Part shown: positions 27,517 to 36,860 of the stretch, piece by piece
Layout: the number at the start of each line of letters is the position of its first letter
Position numbering within the stretch: position 1 is the stretch's first letter
NCBI GenBank assembly: GCA_965215605.1
Contig: OZ244070.1
Location: forward strand, 3,552,001-3,616,000
DNA length: 64,000 nt
Direction of reading: 5' to 3'
Origin: an uncultured Candidatus Binatia bacterium
GTDB taxonomy: Bacteria > Desulfobacterota > Binatia > UBA9968 > JAJDTQ01
Notes under the pieces: model-generated
Databases searched by the model: none
What the model was told of the DNA's origin: nothing
Seen by the model: only the letters and a program-made list of their open reading frames with translations
Translations under genes and position numbers: made by a program

Positions 27517-28959
27517 ATGGAATTCAATGATTGCCGCGAGTGGATCGCCAAGGCGGATGCCTTGGGAGAGCTCAAGACCCTGAAGGGCTGTGACTGGGAT
27601 CTCGAGATCGGCGCCATTACCGAGATGGTCATGCGCAAGGAAGACGGCCCGGCCGTGCTGTTCGACGAGATCAAGGACCACCCCAAGGGCTACCGTGTCC
27701 TTTCCAATTCGCTCAGTTCGCGGAAGCGTATCGGACTGACCCTCAACCTGCCGCCCGGCGACAGCAAGATGGAGTTCGTCAATACCTGGCGTGAACACTA
27801 CAAGAAGATCCAGCCCATTCCGGCGAAGGTGCTCAAGGACGGTCCCGTGTTCGAGAACGTCTTCGAGGACGGCAACATCGATCTGCTCAAGTTCCCCACG
27901 CCCAGGTGGCATGAGCGGGACGGTGGCCGCTACATCGGCACCGGGAGCATCGACATCACCGCCGACCGTGATGAGGGCTGGACCAACTGGGGCACGTATC
28001 GGGTCATGGTCCACGACTCCGACACGGTGGGTTTCTACATCTCTCCGGGCAAGCATGGACGGATACACCGGGACAAGTACCAGTCCACCGGCGAGTCCTT
28101 CAAGATGGCCATGTCCTTCGGCCACGACCCGCTGGTTTTCCTCGGCGGCAGCATCGAAGTGCCTTACGGGGTGCCCGAGTACGACTTCATCGGAGGTCTT
28201 CGAGGAGAGCCCCTGGAAGTCGTCAAGGCGCCGTATTCCGGGCTGATGGTTCCAGCCAACGCGGAGATCGTCGTGGAAGGCGACGTGGTATTCGGCGAGG
28301 ATCGGGTGGAAGGCCCGTTCGGCGAGTGGACCGGCTACTACGCCAGCGCGGAGCGGAACGAGCCCATCGTGAAGATCAAGCGGATGTACCACCGGAACGA
28401 CCCGATCATCCTCGGCTCGCCTCCGGGAAGGCCTCCCGCCGAGCTCGGCTGGTATCGGTCGTATCTGCGCTCCGCGCTGATCTGGGACGAGATGGAGAAG
28501 GCGGGGGTGCCGGACGTGAAGGGTGTGTGGTTGATGGTGGCCGGAGGCAGCCGCCTCGTCATGGTCGTCTCCATCAAGCAGCGCTATCCCGGCCACGCGC
28601 GTCAGGCCGCCGTGGTGGCTTCCCAGTGCCATGCGGGGGCGTACCTCGGACGCTACGTCATCGTGGTGGACGACGACATCGATCCTTCCAACACCGACGA
28701 CGTGATCTGGGCCATGGCGACGCGCTCGGACCCGGACTCGGACATCGACATCATCCGGCGGGCCTGGAGCGGACCCCTCGATCCGATCGTGCATCCCACC
28801 AAGAAGGGTTTCAATTCCCGCGCCATCATCGACGCGTGCCGTCCCTACGAGTGGATGAGCGAGTTCCCGCCGGTGGCGGAATCGAGTCCGGAAGTGCTGG
28901 ATGCCACCGCGAAGAAGTGGGGCAAGGTGCTGTTCAGCAGCAACGGTGCCGGTTCGTAG
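27517..28959 (+). CDS. UbiD family decarboxylase/carboxylase, paralog 2
   Basis: WHERDGGRYIGT, NWGTYR, PGKHG, PEYD, EGPFGEWTGYY, VDDDID; GGAGGT RBS. Confidence 0.93.
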   Translation: MEFNDCREWIAKADALGELKTLKGCDWDLEIGAITEMVMRKEDGPAVLFDEIKDHPKGYRVLSNSLSSRKRIGLTLNLPPGDSKMEFVNTWREHYKKIQPIPAKVLKDGPVFENVFEDGNIDLLKFPTPRWHERDGGRYIGTGSIDITADRDEGWTNWGTYRVMVHDSDTVGFYISPGKHGRIHRDKYQSTGESFKMAMSFGHDPLVFLGGSIEVPYGVPEYDFIGGLRGEPLEVVKAPYSGLMVPANAEIVVEGDVVFGEDRVEGPFGEWTGYYASAERNEPIVKIKRMYHRNDPIILGSPPGRPPAELGWYRSYLRSALIWDEMEKAGVPDVKGVWLMVAGGSRLVMVVSIKQRYPGHARQAAVVASQCHAGAYLGRYVIVVDDDIDPSNTDDVIWAMATRSDPDSDIDIIRRAWSGPLDPIVHPTKKGFNSRAIIDACRPYEWMSEFPPVAESSPEVLDATAKKWGKVLFSSNGAGS

Positions 28960-28969
28960 CCCCGCACCG

Positions 28970-29821
28970 CTAACGTTTTTCCCGAGACGGCGGGTCCATC
29001 ACGATGGTGACGGACCCGCCGTCTCTTTGTATGTGGAGCATCCGTGGCCGGGTCCCCGTGCCTGAGTAGAGTATTCGCTTCAACTCGCGCGTGTTCCTCA
29101 CCGTCTCTCGATCCACCCCGGTGATGACGTCACCGCGCCGGAAACCCAGCCGCGAAGCGGTGCCGTCGCGTTCCACATGGGCCACCAGGACGCCTCCGTG
29201 CCGCGGGGTAGCGAACAGCCGGGCCAGTTCCTCCGTCAGGTCCTGCAGGTGCATGCCCAACAGCCGCGTAACCTCGTCACGCGCTGGAAACTCCCGTTCT
29301 CCGAGGTTGACACCCTGCTCCAGGACCTCGGTTGTGGCGTAGATGGGCGTGCCGGTTCGCAGCGCCACCGCGATGGCGTCGCTCGGGCGCGAGTCCACGG
29401 CGATGGTACGGCCCCCCGCCTTGACGGTGATGACGGCGAAGAAGGTGTTGTCCCGGATTTTCGTTATGGTGACCCGCTCCGGTTCGGCGTCCAGCCCCTC
29501 CAGGAGGTTGCCGATCAGGTCGTGGGTATCCGGCCTGGAAAGAGGTTCACCCTCGAGGACGCGGGCGATGGCGCTGGCTTCCGCCGCGCCGATCCATATG
29601 GGCAACACCCGGCCAGCCCCGGTCAGGATCACCACGGGGGTGCGGTTCGTGGGGTCCACGGCCACATGCCGCACCTCCATGCGGATGACCGCCTCGGAGG
29701 CGGCGAGGCCCTGGACGGGTAGCAGCAGGAAGATCCCGAACAGCGCCCCTCGAAAGCTCCGACTCGGGCCTGAAGAGAGCGGGTGTCCGGAAACTCCGTC
29801 CGCCGCGAGCGGGTTTTTCAT
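28970..29821 (-). CDS. Bifunctional nuclease (BFN/DUF151) domain + C-terminal PDZ domain protein
   Basis: LPIWIG..EA, RPDTHDL, DSRPSDAIAVALR (BFN); LGMHLQDLT...GVLVAHV...GFRRGDVITGVD (HtrA-type PDZ). Confidence 0.85.
   Translation of the reverse strand: MKNPLAADGVSGHPLSSGPSRSFRGALFGIFLLLPVQGLAASEAVIRMEVRHVAVDPTNRTPVVILTGAGRVLPIWIGAAEASAIARVLEGEPLSRPDTHDLIGNLLEGLDAEPERVTITKIRDNTFFAVITVKAGGRTIAVDSRPSDAIAVALRTGTPIYATTEVLEQGVNLGEREFPARDEVTRLLGMHLQDLTEELARLFATPRHGGVLVAHVERDGTASRLGFRRGDVITGVDRETVRNTRELKRILYSGTGTRPRMLHIQRDGGSVTIVMDPPSREKR
28984..29030 (+). terminator. Intrinsic terminator for ubiD paralog 2, lying inside the 3' end of the opposite-strand gene
   Basis: GAGACGGCGGGTCC-a-TCAC[gatg]GTGA-c-GGACCCGCCGTCTC followed by TTTGT. 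Confidence 0.6.
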
Positions 29822-29827
29822 GGGCGG

Positions 29828-29909
29828 AGCTTATCCACCGCGGCTTGAGGGTGTCAACAGAAGAACCGCTTGCGCGGTGTTGACGATCCTGAAGCCCGCC
29901 GGTTAATCT
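29828..29909. promoter_or_regulatory. Divergent sigma70-type promoters for BFN-PDZ (leaderless) and mutL
   Basis: Minus strand TTGACA (29857-29852)-N18-TAAGCT (29833-29828), 6 nt to ATG 29821; plus strand TTGACG (29880-29885)-N18-TAATCT (29904-29909). Confidence 0.5.
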
Positions 29910-29959
29910 CGAAGGGCCTCGCCGCGGTGGTATCCCGCGGAGGGCCGGCAGGAGGCTGC

Positions 29960-31738
29960 ATGAAGATCGCGCTGCTCCCGGACAACCTGATCGATCGAAT
30001 CGCCGCCGGCGAGGTGGTGGAGAGGCCCGCGTCGGTTGTCAAGGAGTTGCTGGACAATGCGCTCGATGCCGGGGCCGGTGAAATATCCGTTCTGGTGGAA
30101 GGTAACGGCACCGCGCATATCAAGGTCAGCGACGACGGCGAAGGAGTGGCCTTCGAGGATGTTCCCCTGGCCTTCGAGCGGCATTCCACCAGCAAGATCC
30201 GCGACGAGGCGGACCTCGCGAACATCGCCACCATGGGCTTTCGGGGAGAGGCGCTTCCCAGCATCGCTTCGGTTGCGGTGGTGGAGATGGTGTCGCGCCC
30301 GGGATCTCGGGAGAGCGGTTGCAGATACCGGGTCGAGAATGGGCGCCGGGGAAGCCCCGTGGCCGCCGGCTGTCCCGTGGGCACCACCGTCGAGGTGCGG
30401 GACCTCTTTTACCATGTGCCCGCCAGGCTGAAGTTCACGAAGTCCCCGCGCACGGAGATCCGGTACGTCAGCGACGTGGTGAACCGCGCGGCGCTGGCGC
30501 ACCCATCGGTGCATTTCCGCCTTCACCACGGCGGCAAGAGACTGGCGGACTACCTGGCCACGGCCCGGCTCGAGGACCGGGTGCGGCAGGTGTTGGGCGA
30601 CGCCGGCAGCGACCTGGTGTCCTTCGCCTTCAACCGGGAGTCTCTCCGGTGCACCGGTTTCGCGAGCCAGGCGCCCAAGTCCTTCGGCAACTCCCGGTAC
30701 ATGATCACGTTCGTCAACCGCCGGTTCGTGCGCGACAGGCTGCTGAACCACGCCATGCTCCAGGCCTACGATACGCTGCTGATGAAGGGACGGTTTCCCG
30801 CGGTGGTCCTCTACCTGGAGATGCCGCCGGACTACGTGGACGTCAATGTCCATCCGGCCAAGACCGAGGTGCGCTTCCGCCGCCAGAACGAAGTCTACGA
30901 GACGGTTCTGGCCGCCGTGCGGGGGAGCCTGAAGGCTGCCGCCCAGGGAAGCGCGTCCTTCGCGTCCGACCCCGCTCCAGGCCGTACGATGTTGGATGAA
31001 GGGGCGGGAGTCCGGGAGCCGTTTTCGGCGTACGGCGCCCCGGGCGTCCACCCGGGCCTGCCCTTGCACGCCCGCGCCGGCGCCGCCGGCCCCGTGCCGG
31101 GCGCGCCTCTTGCCGGACATCCGGCGGCCGGCTCCCATCTCTCCGAAGAGCCGGGGAGGTTCTCGTCGCTCATGGTCGTGGGACAGGTGTTGGGGTGTTA
31201 CATCCTCTGCCACGGCGCCCCGGGCATGGTGCTCATCGATCAACACGCCGCGCATGAGCGCATCGCCTTCCAGCGCATGCGCGAAGACCTCGAACACGGC
31301 GCCATCGAGAGACAGGAATTGCTGATGCCGCAGATCCTGGAGCTTACGGTCACCGAGGCCCTGGTGCTCGAAGAGCAACTCGGCGCGCTGGAGCGGGCGG
31401 GATTCACCGTGGAGCCGTTTGGCCGCAACACGTTCTCGCTGAGGGCGGTGCCGGCCCTCCTTGCCGAGGGTGACTACCGGGACGCGGTGCGCGCGATGAT
31501 CGGCGAGCTGGCGGATACGGACCGGACCGGGGAGTTGCGCCGGGGCATTCATGAGCGTCTCATGACCATCGCCTGCCACAGCGTGATCCGCGCCAACCGC
31601 ACACTGGTGAAGGAAGAGATGGAGGCGCTCCTCCGCGGTCTCGACGACGCCGAATTCGCCACCCAATGCCCCCACGGCCGCCCCGTGATGGTTCAGTTCA
31701 GCCGCTCGCAACTGGAGCGGATGTTCCGGCGCGCCTGA
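29960..31738 (+). CDS. mutL: DNA mismatch repair endonuclease MutL
   Basis: IAAGEVVERPASVVKEL, GFRGEAL, DVNVHPAK, DQHAAHER endonuclease motif, ACH, CPHGRP; AGGAGG RBS. Confidence 0.97.
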   Translation: MKIALLPDNLIDRIAAGEVVERPASVVKELLDNALDAGAGEISVLVEGNGTAHIKVSDDGEGVAFEDVPLAFERHSTSKIRDEADLANIATMGFRGEALPSIASVAVVEMVSRPGSRESGCRYRVENGRRGSPVAAGCPVGTTVEVRDLFYHVPARLKFTKSPRTEIRYVSDVVNRAALAHPSVHFRLHHGGKRLADYLATARLEDRVRQVLGDAGSDLVSFAFNRESLRCTGFASQAPKSFGNSRYMITFVNRRFVRDRLLNHAMLQAYDTLLMKGRFPAVVLYLEMPPDYVDVNVHPAKTEVRFRRQNEVYETVLAAVRGSLKAAAQGSASFASDPAPGRTMLDEGAGVREPFSAYGAPGVHPGLPLHARAGAAGPVPGAPLAGHPAAGSHLSEEPGRFSSLMVVGQVLGCYILCHGAPGMVLIDQHAAHERIAFQRMREDLEHGAIERQELLMPQILELTVTEALVLEEQLGALERAGFTVEPFGRNTFSLRAVPALLAEGDYRDAVRAMIGELADTDRTGELRRGIHERLMTIACHSVIRANRTLVKEEMEALLRGLDDAEFATQCPHGRPVMVQFSRSQLERMFRRA

Positions 31739-31748
31739 GCGGTGTCCC

Positions 31749-32678
31749 GTGAACAGGCTCAGGGTCATCTTCGTCGTGGGTCCCACCGGCGTCGGCAAGA
31801 CCGACGCGGCGCTGACCCTCGCGTCCCGGTTCGACGCGGAGATCATCAGCGCCGACTCCATGCAGGTCCATCGCCACATGGACATCGGGACCGCCAAGCC
31901 GACGCCGGCCCAGCGGCGGGAGCGGCCGCACCACCTCCTGGACGTGGTGGACCCGGACGGGGACTTCGATGCCTCGCAGTTCCGGGAACGGGCGCTGGCG
32001 GCCATGGAGGGCATTCGGGCCCGCGGCCGGAACGTGCTGGTGGCCGGCGGCACCGGCCTGTACGTGAAGGCGCTGGCCCGGGGCCTGTTCGCCGGCCCGC
32101 CGCGGGATGCGGATCTCCGGGCCGCCCTGGAGCAGGCCGAGGTGGAGCAGGGGCCGGGGCATCTCTACCAGCGGCTGAAGCGCGTGGACCCCGACGCGGC
32201 CGGGCGGATTCACCGCCACGACAAGGTCCGGATCATACGCGCGCTGGAGGTCTTCGAGGGCACCGGAAGGCCGCTGAGCCAGTGGCAGCGGGAGCACGGA
32301 TTCGACGACGATCCCTTCGAGGTGCTGGGGGTGGCACTGGAACGGCCCCGCTCCGAGCTGTACGGACGGATCGATCGCCGGTGTGGAGAAATGATGGAGG
32401 CGGGGCTGCTGGACGAGGTCCGGGGCCTTCTGGACATGGGCTATGCGCCGGGTCTCCGCAGCCTGCAGAGCGTCGGCTACCGGCAGGCGGTTCAGTGCCT
32501 GGCGGGCGCCATGAGCCGGCCCGACGCGCTGTCGTCGATGCAGCAGGCTACCCGCCGGCTGGCCAAACGCCAGTTGACCTGGTTCCGCGCCGACCCGAGC
32601 CTCCACTGGATGCACCCCGCCCGGATCGATGCCATCGGCAACGTGTGCCGCCGCTTCCTCACCGGGCTCCGGAGTTGA
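31749..32678 (+). CDS. miaA: tRNA dimethylallyltransferase
   Basis: GPTGVGKT, SADSMQV, DIGTAKP, GGTGLY, AKRQLTWFR. Confidence 0.96.
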   Translation: MNRLRVIFVVGPTGVGKTDAALTLASRFDAEIISADSMQVHRHMDIGTAKPTPAQRRERPHHLLDVVDPDGDFDASQFRERALAAMEGIRARGRNVLVAGGTGLYVKALARGLFAGPPRDADLRAALEQAEVEQGPGHLYQRLKRVDPDAAGRIHRHDKVRIIRALEVFEGTGRPLSQWQREHGFDDDPFEVLGVALERPRSELYGRIDRRCGEMMEAGLLDEVRGLLDMGYAPGLRSLQSVGYRQAVQCLAGAMSRPDALSSMQQATRRLAKRQLTWFRADPSLHWMHPARIDAIGNVCRRFLTGLRS

Positions 32679-32703
32679 CTGGATGGGGGTTTAGTGTTAG
32701 CAG
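32675..32703 (+). promoter_or_regulatory. Putative promoter of the catabolic cluster, TTGACT-N17-TAGCAG (extended TG)
   Basis: Read directly; overlaps the miaA stop. Confidence 0.4.
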
Positions 32704-32706
32704 CCT

Positions 32707-33672
32707 TTGGACATCATGAAATCCGCCGATTTCGTCGAGGCCCGGCGGAGGCTCGAGGCCAAGCCCCAATCCACCGGTGAAAAGCTCACCACCCTGGCAC
32801 AGGCCGTGCAGAGGGTCCGGGATGGCGACCACATCGCCATCGGAGGGTGTCTCTTTTCACGCAGCCCGCTGGCGGCGTTGATGGAGGTGCTGCGCCAGCA
32901 CAGGCGCGGCCTGACCCTGTCGCGCAACCTGATGTGCTACGAGGGCGAGTTGTTCATGGCCGCCAAGGCGGTGGATGGGCTCATGACGAGCTGGTTCGAC
33001 ATCGCGCTGCCCTGGGGCCTCTCCATCAAGCTCCGGGAGGAAGTGGAAGGCGGGCGCATCCGGTTCGAGGAGTGGAGCCATCTCGGGCTCGGGCTCCGTT
33101 ACCGCGCCGGCGCCATGGGCGTTCCGTTCCTGCCCACCCTGACCATGCTCGGCTCGGACCTGATGGGCGTCACCGACACCCGCACCATGGAGTGCCCGTT
33201 CACGGGGGAGCAGCTTTGCCTGGTGCCGGCCCTGTTCCCCGAGGTGGCGCTGATCCACGTGCACCGTGCCGACCGTTTCGGCAACTGTCAGATCGACGGC
33301 TACCCGCACATGGACACGGACATTGCCAAGGCCGCCGCTACGGTCATCGTCACCGCCGAGGAGATCATCGACGAGGAGGAGGTCCGCCGCCGGCCGGACC
33401 GCACGGTCATTCCGGGGCTTGTGGTGGACGCGGTAGTGGAGATGCCCTACGGCTCTTTCCCGCACGAGTGCTACGGCTTGTACGAAGCCGACTTCGCCCA
33501 TTTCGAGGCCTACACGGATGCCGTCAAGGCCAGGGGTACCGGCGCCATCAACGATTACCTCGACCGCCATGTCTACGGGGTCTCGGGGCACGAGGGCTAC
33601 TTGGCGCTGTTCGGCGAAGAGGCGCTGGCGCGGCAGAGACGGCGCGCCGAAGAGCTGCTGGGGCCGCGATGA
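32707..33672 (+). CDS. Family I CoA-transferase subunit A (GctA/CatI-like)
   Basis: FEEWSH, RYRAGAMGVPFLP, CPFTG, HVHRADRFGN. Start TTG 32707 or ATG 32716. Confidence 0.88.
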   Translation: MDIMKSADFVEARRRLEAKPQSTGEKLTTLAQAVQRVRDGDHIAIGGCLFSRSPLAALMEVLRQHRRGLTLSRNLMCYEGELFMAAKAVDGLMTSWFDIALPWGLSIKLREEVEGGRIRFEEWSHLGLGLRYRAGAMGVPFLPTLTMLGSDLMGVTDTRTMECPFTGEQLCLVPALFPEVALIHVHRADRFGNCQIDGYPHMDTDIAKAAATVIVTAEEIIDEEEVRRRPDRTVIPGLVVDAVVEMPYGSFPHECYGLYEADFAHFEAYTDAVKARGTGAINDYLDRHVYGVSGHEGYLALFGEEALARQRRRAEELLGPR

Positions 33673-34430
33673 GCTACTCCGCCACCGAGCTGTTGGCCGT
33701 GGTCGCCGCCCGCCAACTCGCGGGGGTGACCTCCGTGTTCGCCGGGGTGGGCGTGCCGCTGGTGTCCGCGGTGCTGGCGCAGAAGACCGGCGCCCCCGAC
33801 CTCGTCATCGTGGTGGAAGGCGGCAGCATGGGACCTCAGATGGTGCCGGGACGGTTGCCGTACTCCACCAACGAGATGCGCACCGCGCCCAGGGCTCAGA
33901 TGCTGCCGGGCATCACCGACACGTTCCTGTTCGCCCAGCGGGGCTTTCTCGACGTGGGGTTCGTCGGCGGCGCCCAGATCGACTGTCACGGGAACCTCAA
34001 CTCGAGCGTGATCGGCAGCTACGAGCGGCCCAAGGTCCGGTTGCCGGGGAGCGGCGGCGCCAACGACATCATCTCGCTGTGCCGCAAGGTCATGGTGGTG
34101 ACCATGCACGAACGGCGGCGTTTCGTGCCTCGGGTGGATTTCGTCACCAGTCCGGGATTTCTGGCGGGCGGAGACGCGCGCCGCAAGGCGGGGCTGCTGT
34201 TCGGCACCGTCAGCCGCATCGTGACCCATCTGGGCACGCTGGCCTTCGACGACGAGACCCGGCGGTTGCGGCTGGAGAGCCTCCACCCGGGCGTCACCGT
34301 CCAGGAGGTGCTGGACAACACCGGGTTCGAGCTGCCGGTGCCTGACCATCTGCCGGTCACCGAGCCGCCCAGCGAAGAGGAGTTGGAGACCTTGCGGCGC
34401 ATCGACCCGGAGAGGAACTTTCTCGGGTAG
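33669..34430 (+). CDS. Family I CoA-transferase subunit B (GctB/CatJ-like)
   Basis: ATGA overlap; FAGVG, VVEGG (catalytic Glu position), GGAQID..GNLN, RLPGSGGAND, VDFVTSPG. Confidence 0.9.
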   Translation: MSYSATELLAVVAARQLAGVTSVFAGVGVPLVSAVLAQKTGAPDLVIVVEGGSMGPQMVPGRLPYSTNEMRTAPRAQMLPGITDTFLFAQRGFLDVGFVGGAQIDCHGNLNSSVIGSYERPKVRLPGSGGANDIISLCRKVMVVTMHERRRFVPRVDFVTSPGFLAGGDARRKAGLLFGTVSRIVTHLGTLAFDDETRRLRLESLHPGVTVQEVLDNTGFELPVPDHLPVTEPPSEEELETLRRIDPERNFLG

Positions 34431-34465
34431 CGCGAACGCACGGCGCCGCGGACAGGGCGCCGCAG

Positions 34466-34488
34466 GGGGCGGGTTTCAAGCCCGCCCG
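34466..34488 (+). repeat. REP-like palindrome
   Basis: GGGGCGGGTTTCAAGCCCGCCCG, identical to 41943-41965. Confidence 0.65.
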
Positions 34489-34517
34489 GGTCTGAAACAT
34501 CGACGGAGCCGTAACTC

Positions 34518-35459
34518 ATGCCGGTACAGTTTGGAGTCGCCATTCGCAATTTCGTCGGTCCGGGGGAGACCCCGGACGTGGACGGGCTGATACGTTATTC
34601 CCGGCGCGCCGAGGAGTTGGGCTTCGAGTCGCTCTGGGCGTGGGACCACATCCTGCTGGGGGTGGAGCCGAGCTTCCCGGTGCTGGACTCGCTGACCATC
34701 CTTACCGCCATCGCCGTCCGCACCGAACACATTCGGCTGGGCACCGGGGTGATGGTGCTGCCGCTGCGCAACCCGGTGGTGACCGCCAAGGTCCTGGCCA
34801 GTCTGGACCAGATCTCCAACGGCCGCCTGCTGCTTGGGGCTGCCTCCGGCTGGTACGCCCGGGAGTTCGACGCGGTGGGCATCTCCTTCAAGGACCGCGG
34901 CCGCATCTTCGAGCGCAACCTCGATCTGCTGGTGCGGCTCTGGACCGAGGACAGGGTGACCGAGCAGGTGGACGAGTTGAACCTCCGGTCGGCGGTGCTT
35001 CTGCCCAAGCCGGTGCAGAAGCCTCATCCCCCCATCCTGATCGGCGGGTACATCGACCGGGTGCTGCGCCGGGCGGGCCGCAAGGGGGACGGCTGGCTCA
35101 CCTACTTCTACACTCCGGAGGGCTTTTCCAAGAGCTGGGCCAAGGTCCTGGACGCGGCGGAAAAGGCCGGCCGCGATCCGTCGAAGCTCACGGCCACGAA
35201 CCAGCTCGCCATCTACGTGGGCCCCTCCAGGGAGGAGGCCGACGAACCCATGCGCCACTGGCTCACCACCGAGTGGGACATCGCGAAATGGAGTGATTCC
35301 ACCATCGACCACGCCATTCGCGGGACCGCCGACGAGTGCGCGGAGCAGCTCCAGGCCCATGTGGACGCCGGTGTTCACCGGATCATCCTGATCCCCTACC
35401 GGTACCAGCCGGAGCAACTGGAAAGGATCGCCTCGGAAGTGATTCCCAGGTTGACCTGA
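34518..35459 (+). CDS. LLM-class oxidoreductase, possibly F420-dependent
   Basis: GFESLWAWDH, RLGTGVMVLPLRNP, LDQISNGR, EFDAVG, PKPVQKPHPPILIGG. Confidence 0.88.
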   Translation: MPVQFGVAIRNFVGPGETPDVDGLIRYSRRAEELGFESLWAWDHILLGVEPSFPVLDSLTILTAIAVRTEHIRLGTGVMVLPLRNPVVTAKVLASLDQISNGRLLLGAASGWYAREFDAVGISFKDRGRIFERNLDLLVRLWTEDRVTEQVDELNLRSAVLLPKPVQKPHPPILIGGYIDRVLRRAGRKGDGWLTYFYTPEGFSKSWAKVLDAAEKAGRDPSKLTATNQLAIYVGPSREEADEPMRHWLTTEWDIAKWSDSTIDHAIRGTADECAEQLQAHVDAGVHRIILIPYRYQPEQLERIASEVIPRLT

Positions 35460-35484
35460 AAGCCTGCGGAGGGGGAGAGAGCCC

Positions 35485-36384
35485 ATGCGGTTTGACTATT
35501 TCGAGCCGACGACACTGGATGAGGCCGGCGAGTTGCTGCGGAAAGGGAAGGGCGCCCGCAGACCGCTTGCCGGCGGCACCGACATCGTCATACAGTTGCG
35601 CCGGCGGGTGGTCAGCACGCAGGGCCTGGTGAACCTGAAGCGGATACCGGAGCTTTGGGGCTGGGCGCGGGAACCCGGCGAGGGGCTCTGGCTCGGCGCC
35701 TGCACGCCCATGCGGGACCTGGAGACCGCCGCCGCCGTGGGCGAGCGTTTTCCTTCCATCACCGAGGCGCTTCGGGTGGTGGGGTCGCTGCAGTTGAGAA
35801 ACATCGCCAGCGTGGGCGGCAATCTGTGCAATGCTTCGCCGTCGGCGGACACGGCGCCGCCGCTGGTGGCGTTGGGGGCGACGGCCAGTGTGCATACCGC
35901 TGAATCCCGGCGGGAAACGGTGCGGGTGGAGAATTTCTTCGAGGGGCCCGGCACATCGGTGCTGGGCGCCGGCGGACTGCTCCTGGCGGTGGAAGTGCCC
36001 GAGCCGTTGCCGCACGCCGGCGACGCCTTCGAGCGCTTCACCCCGCGGTCGGCCATGGACATTGCCATCGCCAGCGCGGCCGCGGCGGTGACGCTGGACG
36101 CGGCCGGGGAGAAGGTGGCGACGGCGCGGATCGCGCTGGGCGCGGTGGCGCCCACGCCCGTGCGGGCTCTCAGGGCCGAGGAGTTCGTGCAGGGCAAGGA
36201 GTTGACGCCCGAGGTCCTGGAGCGGGCGGGCCGGGCGGCCATGGGTGAATGCCGGCCCATCGACGACATCCGCGGGTCGGCGGCCTACCGCAAGGAGCTG
36301 GTGGGCATTCTCGTGCGACGCGTGTTGCGGCAGGCAGCGGAGCGGGCCCGGGCGCGCTCCAACGGCGGGACGGAAACGGTATGA
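35485..36384 (+). CDS. Molybdenum hydroxylase FAD subunit (CoxM/NdhF-like)
   Basis: LAGGTD, RNIASVGGNLCNASPSAD, DDIRGSAAYR; no 4Fe-4S Cys insert. Confidence 0.92.
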   Translation: MRFDYFEPTTLDEAGELLRKGKGARRPLAGGTDIVIQLRRRVVSTQGLVNLKRIPELWGWAREPGEGLWLGACTPMRDLETAAAVGERFPSITEALRVVGSLQLRNIASVGGNLCNASPSADTAPPLVALGATASVHTAESRRETVRVENFFEGPGTSVLGAGGLLLAVEVPEPLPHAGDAFERFTPRSAMDIAIASAAAAVTLDAAGEKVATARIALGAVAPTPVRALRAEEFVQGKELTPEVLERAGRAAMGECRPIDDIRGSAAYRKELVGILVRRVLRQAAERARARSNGGTETV

Positions 36385-36860
36385 AACAGCGCTATGTTCT
36401 GCGGGTGAACGGCGCCGCCAGGGAAGCGGAAGCCGAGCCTCACGAGTCGCTGCTGGACGTGCTGCGGGAGAACCTTCGGCTGACCGGCAGCAAGAAGGGC
36501 TGCAACGAGGCCGAATGCGGCTCGTGCACGGTGCTGCTGAACGGCCGCCCGGTGGTGTCCTGCCTGGTGCTGGTTCCGGACGCCGTGGGCCGGGACATCG
36601 TCACCATTGAAGCCCTGGCCGAAGACGGGACTCCCCACCCGGTGCAACGGCAGATGGTGGAACAGGGCGGCGTCCAGTGCGGCTACTGCACTCCCGGAAT
36701 GATCATGAGCGCCTACGCGCTGCTCCAGGAGAATCCGCATCCCACCGACGAGGAGATCCGCTTCGCCATTTCCGGCAACATCTGCCGCTGTACGGGGTAC
36801 GGCAAGATCGTCAAGGCGGTCCGGGCGGCCGCGGAAGAGCTCGGGGGGGCGGCGTCATGA
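36381..36860 (+). CDS. Molybdenum hydroxylase 2x[2Fe-2S] subunit (CoxS/NdhS-like)
   Basis: GCNEAECGSC...SC and QCGYCTPG...CRCTGY; ATGA overlap. Confidence 0.94.
   Translation: MKQRYVLRVNGAAREAEAEPHESLLDVLRENLRLTGSKKGCNEAECGSCTVLLNGRPVVSCLVLVPDAVGRDIVTIEALAEDGTPHPVQRQMVEQGGVQCGYCTPGMIMSAYALLQENPHPTDEEIRFAISGNICRCTGYGKIVKAVRAAAEELGGAAS

Noticed and set aside
35485-36384. 4-hydroxybenzoyl-CoA reductase (HcrCAB), suggested by the adjacent CoA-transferase
   Set aside because: The FAD subunit lacks the Cys-rich [4Fe-4S] insertion of HcrB.
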